A stretch of DNA of 63,755 nucleotides, filler included, from Conidiobolus incongruus B7586 (Eukaryota): assembly GCA_000697335.1 (NCBI GenBank). It is 12 parts of 12 records of this genome, joined end to end, with 100 filler letters (N's around TTAATTAATTAA, not from the genome) between each part and the next. Parts side by side here need not be neighbours in the genome. Positions count along the whole stretch, not along the records: positions 19,355 to 25,066 come from JNEM01004108.1; positions 25,167 to 32,581 come from JNEM01004111.1; positions 32,682 to 33,734 come from JNEM01004112.1; positions 33,835 to 40,486 come from JNEM01004113.1; 8 more parts are not named here. One strand, written 5' to 3'. Position 1 is the stretch's first letter. Each line of letters opens with the position of its first letter. A program made the position numbers and the translations under genes. Shown here one piece after another: positions 24,791 through 37,600 of the stretch. Under the pieces are notes generated by a model. That model did not search any database. It was not told the origin of the DNA and was given only the letters and a program-made list of their open reading frames with translations.

Positions 24791-27700
24791 TGATATATTG
24801 ATTTTCTTATTAATATTATTATGTTTAAATCCTTTATAAAAAATTTATTTGTGTATTAATTTACTTTATAAAAAATATAAATTAACTTATGATTTTATTA
24901 AAATTACTAATATTAGTTAATTTATTATGGTTAAAATGATTAAAAATAATAATAAAAATACAATTAAACTTAAATTTAAATATTTTTAGATTATAAATAA
25001 ATATATTAAAAAGTATATCTATAAGTTAATTAATATAAATATAGTACTATTATAAAGATATAATAANNNNNNNNNNNNNNNNNNNNNNNNNNNNNNNNNN
25101 NNNNNNNNNNTTAATTAATTAANNNNNNNNNNNNNNNNNNNNNNNNNNNNNNNNNNNNNNNNNNNNCTTAATTTCATAAATTATTGTATATTTTAATATA
25201 AAATCAAAATATGTATTTTATTAAAAAATAATTATTAATCATTAAAATCTTTATATTTTTTGTAATTTAAATATAAATTCTAATTAAAAATATATTTTAA
25301 AAATGATTTTAATTTTAAAGAAATTTTTATATTAAATAATGATATATATATTGCTAATAATGTTCCTTTTATTCTTAATTGATATAACTTATTTATATAA
25401 TAATAATTTATAATTGGATAATAATTAATCAAAACCAAGTAAATAAATATTGATAATTATGATAATATTCATAGTTGATAGATTTAAATAAAAAAGTATT
25501 ATATTATATTATAAATATTACCATTCAATTAATGCATCTATTTAAATATAACTATTGTGATTTGTAATATATTTTGAAAATATCATTATTACCAAGATAC
25601 TTGTAATATAATTTAATAAATAGAATTATTAATTCTGGTCTTTAAAATTTGCTTTCCATTGTTACATTGTAGGAAAATATCTAATTTGTCACTTTGGGTT
25701 TAAATAGTTCATTCAGTGAATGACACAGGGTTTGATTAAAATCTAACAGAGAGAACAAATAATATCGTTTGATTATTGGTCAATAAAGTCAGTCTACTTT
25801 AAAAATAATATTGACTCAACTCTTGAATCAAGATGGATGGAAATTTTTGGGGTATAAAACATTTTAAATAGTATATAAAATAGCCTAGTCTAATAGATTT
25901 AAAAATATAAAATTAATTTGAATTTAATTTTTTTGAACCTAATATAATAATTTATCATTATTTATTCCTCAAACAATAATTGATAATTATATAATTAAAG
26001 ATTTTAGTTTTTTTTCACACATTTTAGATTAATTTGATTTATTTAATAGTGAAAAGTAATATAAAATTAATATTATTTTACAATATTGATATATGATTCA
26101 AATTTTTGATAAATTAATAATTAAATTTAACAAATTAATTAATATTGGTGATGTACAAGTACACAAAATTTATTTATATTAAAATATTATAATAGTTAAA
26201 TGTTACAGAATATATCCGAACAAGTTATTCAAATTCTTGAAGGACTTCAGATTCTAATTGGTGTTCATGTTTGAATATTAATGTCATACTATCAAATTAA
26301 TTTAGTGAAAGTGGTCAACAATTTCATCATTTTCGTCTATCAATTTAAACTAATGAATGAATAACTTTTCTTGATCTATGAAATAATTCATGACGATCAA
26401 CAATAAACACATCTATTCAATTACACAAATAATTTTAATCTGAAATTTTATTTTTTATATTTACTTTAGTGAAGATAGCATAAAATTTGTAATCTTAATG
26501 TTAGCCAATTAGTGATACTTGTATTAACTTAAAGCAATAAATGAATTAAAACCTATATTTCGCCCACATTTCACTTGAGAAATTATCTAAACTTCGAATC
26601 AAATCTGAAAACTGATATAAAAACGAAGACTAAATAATAAAATAAAAGTATTATTATAGTTTCAATATTAGGAGATTATTTAAATTTATTTAAAATACTG
26701 GTTTTGAAGGGTATATTCTATCATTTTCTGAGGTCTCAAATTATAATTTTCGAGAATATTCTCAATATTAATAAAAGAAATAAATATAAAAGTTTTATAG
26801 TTTTAATTAAAAAAATTTTTTAATTTAAATAATCTTATTTTTTTAATAATTTATAATTTTATTAATTAAGGATATATTGATTCAATATTTCCTTATCTTT
26901 TATAAATGTTTCTATATATAAGTGATATCAGCAATACTTACAGTATTAACCAATACATCAAACTAAATTCCAATTTGAAAAGTCTGATCATTTTTTCTAG
27001 TTTTTTTTTGCATTTAGCACACCTGGAAGGAGAGCATTAATGGCGAGTTGAAGCATTCGAGCGATAATGATCTGAAGTAAGTTGCTGAAGATGAGGGGTG
27101 AGTACTCGACAACTCAGGTAACGTCTAATTGCGCGAGTATTGGATCGAACGGTCTTTGATCAACTGGCATTAATGCTAGATTACGAATCATTTTTAAGGT
27201 GATTCAGTGTAAGAATAGTTTATTAGGGATTAATAGTAGGTAATATGAGGTAGAAAGGCGTCATCGTTAACGTGTTTATAGTAGTATTAGGTTTTATTCT
27301 TGACGTTACTAATCTGAGATCGTAACCGTGTGTCATATATTATTATTCAGGGAAAATTATGTACCTTATGCATATTCTAAGGGAATTTGTATATGAGTCC
27401 GAGGAAACCGGTTGATATTTCAGGATTGTGACAAATTTGAAAAAAACTGTGAGATATAATGCTAATTAGTTAAATTTTAGGTGAGAACCGCTTGTTAATT
27501 TTAATTTATTATTTATAATATAATATTGATTTTATTTTATTAATCACTATTCAATATGACTGATATTGATCACATTTTCCTAATGGAAAATAGATGAAAA
27601 TAAAGTAATTGAAATATCGCAGTAACGGATAATAATGGGAACGGAGGATTGGCCTCTAAGCCAAGATTTAAATCAGGTTCCCAGCTCATATGTGTAAAAT

Positions 27701-27862
27701 CAAAGATTGATCTCTTACACTGTCCTCATTGCTTGGGTGAAACCGTTGTAATTGTAACTATAAATATATTTTTAAAATAGTATAAATACTAGATCACTAT
27801 CTAATTTGGTGATTATTTTTCATTTAATATACTTTAAGTTGTAGTGAATACAAAATCTTATC

Positions 27863-28255
27863 ATGAAATTTAATACTCAATTAGCTTCTATTGCCATTGT
27901 TTTGACAGCTGTTCAATCTCAAGATATTGGCAATATTTTCCAAACTGCAAAATCTGCTATTGAGGGTGTCGTTCCAGGCGCTCAAAGTCTGTTAACAGCT
28001 GTTGGAGATGTCATCAATCCTCAGCACTCTTCTACAGCTACAGTTATTTCTCCAACACCTACTTCTCTTTCCATGATTGCCACATCCACATCCGCATCAA
28101 TCGTGTCTTCCACCCAAGGTGTCAAATCTAGCACTACAGGAGCTTCAGTTTCAACTACAACTCCAAATAGCGCAAATAGTATCACTGCTCCCAGCAATTT
28201 TGTTTTCGTCGTTGCAGGAGCCGCCTTTGCAGCAGTAGGTAGTTATTTAATATAA
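27863..28255 (+). CDS. Small secreted Ser/Thr-rich, probably GPI-anchored cell-surface protein
   Basis: N-terminal signal peptide (MKFNTQLASIAIVLTAVQS), S/T-rich stalk, NSANS omega-like site and hydrophobic C-terminus. TATA-like tataaat near 27781. Confidence 0.85.
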   Translation: MKFNTQLASIAIVLTAVQSQDIGNIFQTAKSAIEGVVPGAQSLLTAVGDVINPQHSSTATVISPTPTSLSMIATSTSASIVSSTQGVKSSTTGASVSTTTPNSANSITAPSNFVFVVAGAAFAAVGSYLI

Positions 28256-30801
28256 TAAAATATAATTTTTATATTCATAATTATATTCATGTATTTGACA
28301 TGTTATTAATTAATATCCAAAAATAATTAAAAAAAATTAATTCCATTTTTTAATTTTATATTTAGATCTAGTTTTTACTTTTCTTATTTGTTGATTTTTA
28401 TCAAATAACTATTTTCCAAAATTGTATTGTTTTTACTTTCAATCATATTTCAACTAAATCTATTTGCTATCATTACTAAAAGAAGTTCAAATTGAAGAGC
28501 ACTTCAAACCTTTGTGAAATGGATATAATCTACAATTATCGCGGCTATCTGGATTTTCGATGAAAATAACAACTCTTTTATTTATTTTACTAGTGCAATT
28601 ATTTATATAGAAAAATTATCTCTTTTATGAAAATAATCTAAAAAAATGTCTATTTTAGTTTTTTATATTACATCATTTGAATAAAAATTTGATAAATTTT
28701 AATTTAAAATTTATTAATGAGCGATACTTGAGATAACATTGATAAAATTATTAATTTAAACAGTATAATGAAATAATATGAATATATATATTATGTTAAC
28801 GCAAGCTTTAATCGATGCCATTATCTAATTAATACATTATATCAATCGGAATATGTTTTTCTAATTAGTATTATTCACAAATCACAAAAACTGAAATTTT
28901 CTTGGCAAAATTACTATTGTATTTTCGCAGTCCATCGAGTAAATTGTATTGAATAGTAGATTTTGATTAAGGTGTGAAATAACATCATAATTATCCCCAT
29001 TTTTAAGCCACTCTAATTTACAATGTATAGCATTATGTCGATACTATTGAAATATAAATTATTCAATGAATAAAATTGCTATTAACATGAAAGTAGTGAA
29101 ATCAAATTATTGAATGAATTTAATATTATTATATCATGTAAAAATTATATTTAACTAATATTATTTAAATATCAAGTAAATTTATTGCGATAAGTAATAT
29201 AAATAATATTTATGTTGCATCACCAATTGGTGTAACTCCCAAGAGTTCATTTTTAATTAAATTTTGATATCAGGACTTTATTATGAAATATAGAATAATA
29301 ATGAAGGAAACTGAAAAGACAAAAATAATCATTAGAATATTAGAATTTTTTAGTAGCATCAAACCTTTATAATGATATTAAACATCTTGAAAACATACAA
29401 AATCAATTTAATTTTGTTTTTAAGAGTATCAGTTTAATGAGAATATATTTAATTTTGAATACTTGGCAATTAGAAAAAATATATTTATTAATTCTAATAA
29501 TAAAAGAGTTTGGATGAATATATATTCAAGTACTAGATGATTTTATTATAACTACTTATAAAAAACTATAAAGTCAAAATTTGTTATAAGTTCATCAATC
29601 AAATTGATATTATTTGTCATTAATATTTGGAAAGTGATAAAAAAACTATAATAGCTAATTGATATAAAAAATCATTTTTTCTATTATATGATTTTACAAT
29701 AGAGTTAATATAAAATTGCCAAAAAGACTATTGAAAAATCAAATATATTCAATTATCCTCAAAAATATTAGGGTAATATATACATAAGCGACTGTAAATT
29801 TCAAAGAAACAAAAACTAGTATTACTTGAAAAAGAATTCAAAGTTTATATTTCAACTAATTTACTTATGGAATAAAATTAATTCACAGATAAGCTTATTA
29901 GATATTATATTAAATCTTTTTTTTTGCTGATTTTGTTAAAATACATTTGAATTTAATATATTCCTTACAAATAAAAATTATTAAATATATATAGTCAATC
30001 ATTAAAAAATTTACCTATTTTCTCTATCTAGTATTCTATCATAAATAGTCATCTTTATTATATTGTGAACTTTGAGAATTATCCTCTCAAATTTAATATT
30101 ATCAACAGTTAAATATATTTTTAGTTATAATATAAAAGACAAGTTCAAAGAGTAAATTTTGTTGTTAAATTGGTGTTAAAATTTACTTTATAATTACAAC
30201 TAGGATATATTGATATTAAATGACGATATAAATAAGTATAAATTAAATATTCTAAATTAAATATTATATATACTTAAATATTAAAATTATATTTCAATTA
30301 TAATAAAGCAAAATTCATTAATATTATAAATTTAGAATTTTATTAGGTATTAAAATAATTATTATGAAAAATTGTGAAGTATAAAATATAATATAAAAGA
30401 TTTAAATACAAATATTAAAGTTGGCAATAATTAGTTTTAAAGTTGAGTTGAATCAATCAATAAACAGTTATAAATAGAAATTATTTATCTAAACTAATCA
30501 TAATTAAATATAATATAATAATTTTTTCATAATTCTAACCAGAATAGATTATACTAAATTATGCAAACATTTTAATAAATATATTACTAATTGCAAATTT
30601 TACCAAAGCCTTGTTAAAGAAAAGGAAATTATCAATGGTCATTATAATTTATGTGTGCAATTATAATATTAAAATTTATTATATTAATTAATTGTTCAAA
30701 ATATTTAAGTAAATGAATTTAAAAAGGTTAAAAAATTTTGACAAAAAAAAACTAATTTTTAATAATTCATACTATTAATTATATTATCAAATATATATTT
30801 A

Positions 30802-31746
30802 TTAATTTGAAAAAAGATATTGAAAAAATTTCTTCCATTTTGTTTTGAATTTCAAAAATGTCATACTAAAAGCATCTTTGATTTCAGGTTGAAATAAAAT
30901 AGTAACAATTGGATTCACTGATGCTGTAACATTTGCAAGGATATATACTACTGCTTCAACGAAAGGTGGTCTCTTATATCCATTTACAGCTTTCAATATC
31001 CATGTAGTATACGATAACATAAAACTTACATTGTAAATAAAGAATACCAATATTAGTTGGAGAACTAGTTTGATTTTCTCTTTACAAATAATATTTAACA
31101 TATTTTCGTCATCATTGATTTGTGCTTCTCGTTTCATTTCGTTTAATTGTTGATTGGCTTTCCATCCAACTGCAAAATAGCAAAAGGTAGTGATCCAGCA
31201 TAGAATGAATAGCATAAATGGGACAATATATGTTACAATAGTAGAAATGGTATTTGGTTTCAAAAATGGTATGCAAAATAAATAAGATGGACCTGGACTA
31301 GCGTCTTGGTTGATTGCACCATAAGTATAGATTATAATAGCAGGTGATGTTGCAATAAATAAAATTAGGAGCCAAAATTTCAATTTTTTCTCGATCTGAT
31401 GACAAAAAATCAAATATCTGAGTAAAGATAACATTGCTACAGAATTAATTTCAACTCTGATTATTAATTGATGTATAAAAGCATAAGCATAACATGGGGT
31501 TGTTCCGGCACTGAACCAGGTGTAGCCTAAACCTAATTTTGCTATTGAAACTATTAATAACTCGACACCATTAAAGAATTCAATAAAACAGAAAATTAAA
31601 ATTAGACGGATTTCAGTTGAGCTTAAAATAGAGTTTTTCCATATTATATATATTATTAGTATATTAGATATTAAAGTAAACAGAGCTTGTACTAACGATA
31701 TTGAATTGAAAGTGTAATTAATAAAATCTAAATTATTGATATCCAT
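30802..31746 (-). CDS. Seven-transmembrane GPCR-like receptor (class A-like), intronless
   Basis: Seven hydrophobic segments; TM1 Asn (SNILII), Cys before TM3 and in ECL2, LLRY at the DRY position, NPIVT in TM7 followed by a helix-8-like segment. Confidence 0.85.
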   Translation of the reverse strand: MDINNLDFINYTFNSISLVQALFTLISNILIIYIIWKNSILSSTEIRLILIFCFIEFFNGVELLIVSIAKLGLGYTWFSAGTTPCYAYAFIHQLIIRVEINSVAMLSLLRYLIFCHQIEKKLKFWLLILFIATSPAIIIYTYGAINQDASPGPSYLFCIPFLKPNTISTIVTYIVPFMLFILCWITTFCYFAVGWKANQQLNEMKREAQINDDENMLNIICKEKIKLVLQLILVFFIYNVSFMLSYTTWILKAVNGYKRPPFVEAVVYILANVTASVNPIVTILFQPEIKDAFSMTFLKFKTKWKKFFQYLFSN

Positions 31747-32681
31747 TGTTATTAAACATATTTTGTTGAAAAATAAAGTAGTCTTCTAAAGGAGTTGATC
31801 GATTTAATATATCCATGTTTCGTTTTAAAGTGAATATTTATAATAAATTTCAACCTATTTTATTAAGGTTTTTTTTGGTTCATTTGAAATATATTAGATA
31901 CTAAAAAAGCAGTTTAAACGATACATATCCAATAATTTTTTGTAAGAAATGTAATATCTTTGCACCATTAATAAATTGTTTTATAATTCAACCAATTGGT
32001 GAAGAAATTTATAAATGAATCATATACAATTTAGTAATTCAATTTTATTGAAATTTTAACACTTGCAATTAAATAGTTAAAATTTGCTTTATTTAGCCAC
32101 ATTTTGTGTTCTTCCAGTTTTAAATTAATATTCAAGATTTATAATTAGCAAATAAATTCATTTGAATAGTTTAAAATTGTACTTAGTCTACCTAGTAAAT
32201 TCTGCCCCACTTGAAAAATTCAAAAAATTTAAAACAAAATCCAATCAAATTGTGAATTTAAAGACCAAAAGTTTTAAATAATAAATTATAGTATATTAAC
32301 TTATCATTTATCAATTTATATTGTAAATATAAATAATACATTTTTTGTCCACTATATTATAATTCAAATTTAATATTTAATCTTGTAATATTTTGCAAAT
32401 CAATTTAATATTCATTATTTTTATTAAATAAATAAATATTTGATTATAAATTTAATAAATCAATATTATTTAATAATTATTATATTATTAAAATTTGAAA
32501 TTATATTATAAGTCAAAATTATAAAAATATTCTTTAATCTTTATAATATATAATATATAAATTTTATAATTAAAAACTATANNNNNNNNNNNNNNNNNNN
32601 NNNNNNNNNNNNNNNNNNNNNNNNNTTAATTAATTAANNNNNNNNNNNNNNNNNNNNNNNNNNNNNNNNNNNNNNNNNNNN

Positions 32682-33734
32682 TTATATTAATTTTTATTAA
32701 TTAATTTATAAATATATTCTTTATTTTATTTATTTATAATTTTAATATATTTAAGTTAAAGTTTAAATATATCTTTAATAATATTCTTAATAATTTTAAT
32801 AGATTAACTAAAATTATTAATTTTAATAATACTATAAGTTAATTTATTTTTTTTATAAAATTAATTAATATATAAATAAATTTTTTAGAAAGGGATTTAA
32901 ATATAATGATATTAATAAAAAAATCTAATATATTTATAAAATTATTATAATATATTTGTATTTACCCAACTGCTATATAAGTTTAATTATAAAACATTAA
33001 TAACAAAGGAACTCTTATTTTCTAACTATTAGTTTAATAAGCCCCTTTTCCTCTAGATTAATATAAATATCTTATCCACTTAAAATATTAACTTTAAGTA
33101 AAATATCTTTATTAATTATTAGTAAAACCTATTTATAATAAATATATTATTATTATTATTAAGAATAATCTTCCTTGAATAATACGGAAATAGTTCTTTA
33201 TTATATCTATATTTAAAATAATTAATAAATTTAACCTTAACCTTCTATCACTTGCTCTAAAATTATATATATTACTTTTTATTTTTTTATTTATATTAAC
33301 CTTCTTTTATATTATCCTAGGATTTTTAATTAATAATAAGATTAGATTCCTATATAAGATATCAACAGTTATAATGACATTTTATATATTTAATAAGTTA
33401 AAAAAACATTATTCTTGGCTTTCTAAATCTCAAATCAATTTATATTTATTTAGTCTTGATAAAAATACTATATAAATAATAACAAAAAAATAAAAAAAAT
33501 ATGGTTATATATTGAAAAATATATCCCTTTATTTTAAAAACCTGTAAATTTATAATTATTTCTTATTTAAATATTAAAGGTTAATATTTTTGATAATAGT
33601 TTACTTTATATATTTAAATATATTTATTTATTATCAAATAATATAGCTTAATTATATATTATAGTTTTAGATAGTCTAATATATAAAATTATTTTAGTTA
33701 TTAATTACAATATATATATTTTTGATTTTATAAC
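32682..33734 (-). mobile_element. Possible degenerate IS630/Tc1-like DNA transposon
   Basis: Carries the 24500-type repeat end at ~33450-33734. A faint relic LEEKGL (~33040-33058) resembles the xLxERGL motif of fungal IS630-like transposases. Confidence 0.35.
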
Positions 33735-33834
33735 NNNNNNNNNNNNNNNNNNNNNNNNNNNNNNNNNNNNNNNNNNNNTTAATTAATTAANNNNNNNNNN
33801 NNNNNNNNNNNNNNNNNNNNNNNNNNNNNNNNNN

Positions 33835-34620
33835 TATTTCTAAATTTAAATAAATTAAGTTATAAATAAAATTTAAAATAATAATAAATAAATTTAATAT
33901 AATTAGTTATTAGTTTTCTAATAGATTTTTATCAGATTTATTATTATTACTACATAAATATAATAGTAAAATTTTATTGATATAATATAAAAAAAACTTA
34001 ATATAAAGGTAATATAGCATAGAATATAATAATATAAAATAGGATATAGTGTGAATATATAAACAAAGTTTAATTAAGCTTTAAATTAAAATGAGTCACT
34101 AATATATTAAGATTTATATTAGGTAGTGTTAATATATGGTAATATTAATAGAATATAATTTTAATCTTAAAAATAATGAAAAAAAAAGAAATAGTAAGGA
34201 TTGAGAAAAAAAAGAAAAACTAAGTTTATTAAATAATTTAATACTATTTATATAATCAATTTAACTATATTAATATAAATTAACTATATTATTTATAATT
34301 AATTGAATTAATAAGAAATATATATCTGAAATTAAAAAACTACTTATTTAACAATAAAAGTATAAATAAATGATAAAATATATAATTAATTAAATTTTAT
34401 AGAAAGATATTTAAAAATTTAAAAAATTTCTTTTTTAATATTTCTTTAATAAATTTCTTAAATAAAACATATTTTTTAGATTTTTACAAATAAGTATAAT
34501 AATTAATATTATTTTTAATATTTCTAAAAATTCTTTAATTATTTCTTTACTAAGTTAATTTATATATTTTATATATAAATAAAACTTTTCATTATATATT
34601 TAAATTTACTAATATAATTA
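33835..34620 (-). mobile_element. Additional LTR copy plus 3' (chromodomain) end of a related gypsy element
   Basis: 33835-34410 resembles the LTR region ~39800-40282; 34410-34620 resembles 34990-35210. Confidence 0.75.
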
Positions 34621-34621
34621 A

Positions 34622-37600
34622 TATTATAAGTATAGTGGTAAATACCAAAATAATATAGAAAAAGACTTAATATAAGAGTAATGTAATATAGAATATAATA
34701 CTATAATATGGCTGTAGTATGCAAATATAAACAAAGTTTAATTAAGCTTCAAACTAGAATGAGTCAATGATATATTAAGAATTATATTAGGTAATATTAA
34801 TATATTATAAAATTAATAGAATATAGTGTTAATTTTAGAAATAGTGAAAAAAAAATAATAAGAATTGAGAGGAAAAAGAAAAACCTAGTTTATTAGATAA
34901 TTTAATATTATTTATATAATTAATTTAATTATAAAAATATAAATTAATGATATAATTTATAATTAATTAAATTATATAAAAGTATATATAAGGATTTAGA
35001 AAATTAATCTTTTAACATTTCCTTAGTAAATTTTTTAAAAAAAACTTGCTCTTTAGATTTTTATAAATAAGTATAATAAGTTGAGATATTCTTAATATTT
35101 TCTAAAGATTCTTATATAGTTGCTTTAATAAAATAACTTATTTACTTTATATAGAAATAAAGTTTATTCCTAAAAGATTTAAATTTAATTATATAATTAA
35201 TATAATATTCTTTTTCTATATTTTAATTAATAATTAAATTTAATTTTAAGATTTTGATCAATTAGGAAAAATATTAAAATCTTCAAAATAAGGTTTGATT
35301 TTAAAAATGTGAAAGGTAAAGTTGGACCTTAAAATTAAAAGTAATTCTAAAGTAATATTTTCAAAATTTGAATTAATAGATTAAATTTTATAAGGACTAT
35401 AATATAATAGCAAGTATTTTAAATTTAAGCTAGATTTAAGTAAAGTAAGTTTAAGGGTAAATTATTCTAAGTATATAAACATATTAGTTTTATATTTAAG
35501 AGGATTCTTAGATAACTTTAAATATTGTTATTCTATAATTGTTTAATTTTCTTCTAAGTTAAATTTAATAAAGGAATTAATATATTTGATATTAGATTAA
35601 AATTCAATAATATTTAAAAAAAAGTTAATTTAAAGTTTTAGGATAATTATTAAATTAAGATATTTATTATAATTAATGAAATAAAAGTATAAACCTGTTA
35701 ATTTATTGATAAAAATATTGAATAAATATTAAAGTTGGTAGATATAAGTACTTTAGTTTGACTGATTAATATTAATATAAGCTCTAATCATTTGATTTAA
35801 GGTTTTAACAGTTTTTTCAACAAGTTTATTAGTTTAATAATAATTAGCAATAAATATAGCTAGATTAATCTTAAAGGAAAAAGATAGTAACTTTTAAAAT
35901 TAAGAGTTAAATCATATATTTCTTTTAGATATAATAGTTTATAAAATTTTATGATAGGTAAAAATATTAGAGAATAATAGTTATATAATATCTTTAACTA
36001 TAGAACTTTTGAAACAAAAAATAAAATAAGCATATTTAAAGAATAAATCAATTACAATTAGTAAGTTATTATAACTAGTTATTAATTTAAGAATTTCTAT
36101 AAAATTAAGTTGGATTTATTATTAAGTTTTATTAGGGGTATATAGGAGAATAAGTTTACTATATTTTTGTTAGGTATTATATTTAATTTTTTAATATATA
36201 TCACAAGTATTAGTGTATTTCTAAACTAATTTAATTAAAAAAGGCTAGTAATATCTTATTTTAATTTTTTTAGAAGTTTTTAATTAGTTTTAATGTTTTT
36301 TAACAGATAAGTTATAATATTCATTAAATATTGCTTATTAAATTTTAGGAATATTAGAGATATATAAACAATTATTATAAAATAGTAAGTTATCAGTAGT
36401 TTTAAATATTTTTACATATTTTAATTAGTTTTTTAATTGTTTAGAGAGTTTTTTTAATTAAAATCAAGAAATTATTATTTAGTAGTGTTTTTTAAATTAG
36501 TTTAATAAATTCTTTATTTCTTTCATTAATAATTATTAAATTAATATCTTTTGGGATTTGTAATTAAAATAAAAATTTAGGTATCTAAGATTTTTTAACA
36601 AAGTATCTATAATATAATTTTATTATCTTAAGAGATATTAGATAAAAAAAATAAGCTTAAATAGTTTTAATCCATCTAATTTATTTTCTTAATAAATACT
36701 TTTAATTGTTTAAATAGATAAGTGATTTATAATTTGTAAGAATTAAAAAAAAGTTATAAAACAAAAAATATTAATGATTTTTGATTATTTCTATCAAAGT
36801 AAAGAGTTTTTATTTATAAACTAGGTATTTTAATTTAGCTGGCTTTATTTTTCTTAATTAGAATATTATAAACTTTAAGATAGTATTTATAAAATTAAAT
36901 CTAACTTATTCTCCCTTATTTATTATTTTATCTTATAATTAAAAGGTAGAATATAAATTAAATTCAAATTAAACTAACTATGTACTAATTACAAAAGAAT
37001 TAAAGTTAGTAAAAATAATATTAGGTAGTTTAATATCAAAAATAAATAAAATAAGAGCAATGGTAATATAAAATATTAAAGTATTTATATAAAAAACATA
37101 TAGTGGGGTTTATTCAAAAAAAAAGTTTTCTTTGAAAGATTAGTTAGAAAAGTTATAAATTAAACAAAAAAGTCAATGAAATTTTTAAAGTAATTTAATA
37201 ATTTAAGTATAAATAAGTTAATCTTTGTTTATAAATATAGTGAAAATCTTTTATATTATTAAATTTAGTTAGATTAATACTAATTCCTTAAGAAGATATA
37301 ATATAATTATAAAAGGAGATAGAAAAAGCATTAAAAATATATTTTGATAGTTTTAAAGATAATTTATATCCTTGAATAATTTATAAAACTTAATTAACAT
37401 ATTAAATATATTTTTCTTTAGTTTTGAAATAGATTAAGATATCATTAAAATAAGTAATAATAAAGCTATTAAAGATAAAGTTGAAAAGGGAATTGATAAA
37501 TTAAATAAAAGTTGTAGGGGTATTATATAATCTAATGTTTATAATAGTAAATTTATAATACTTTAATAAAATATTAAAAACAATTAAAAGAATAGAATTT

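Noticed and set aside
27660..27700. GAACCTGAT on the minus strand resembling a TPP riboswitch segment
   Set aside because: The other TPP elements (CUGAGA in context, P5 loop) are absent and the adjacent gene is not thiamine related.
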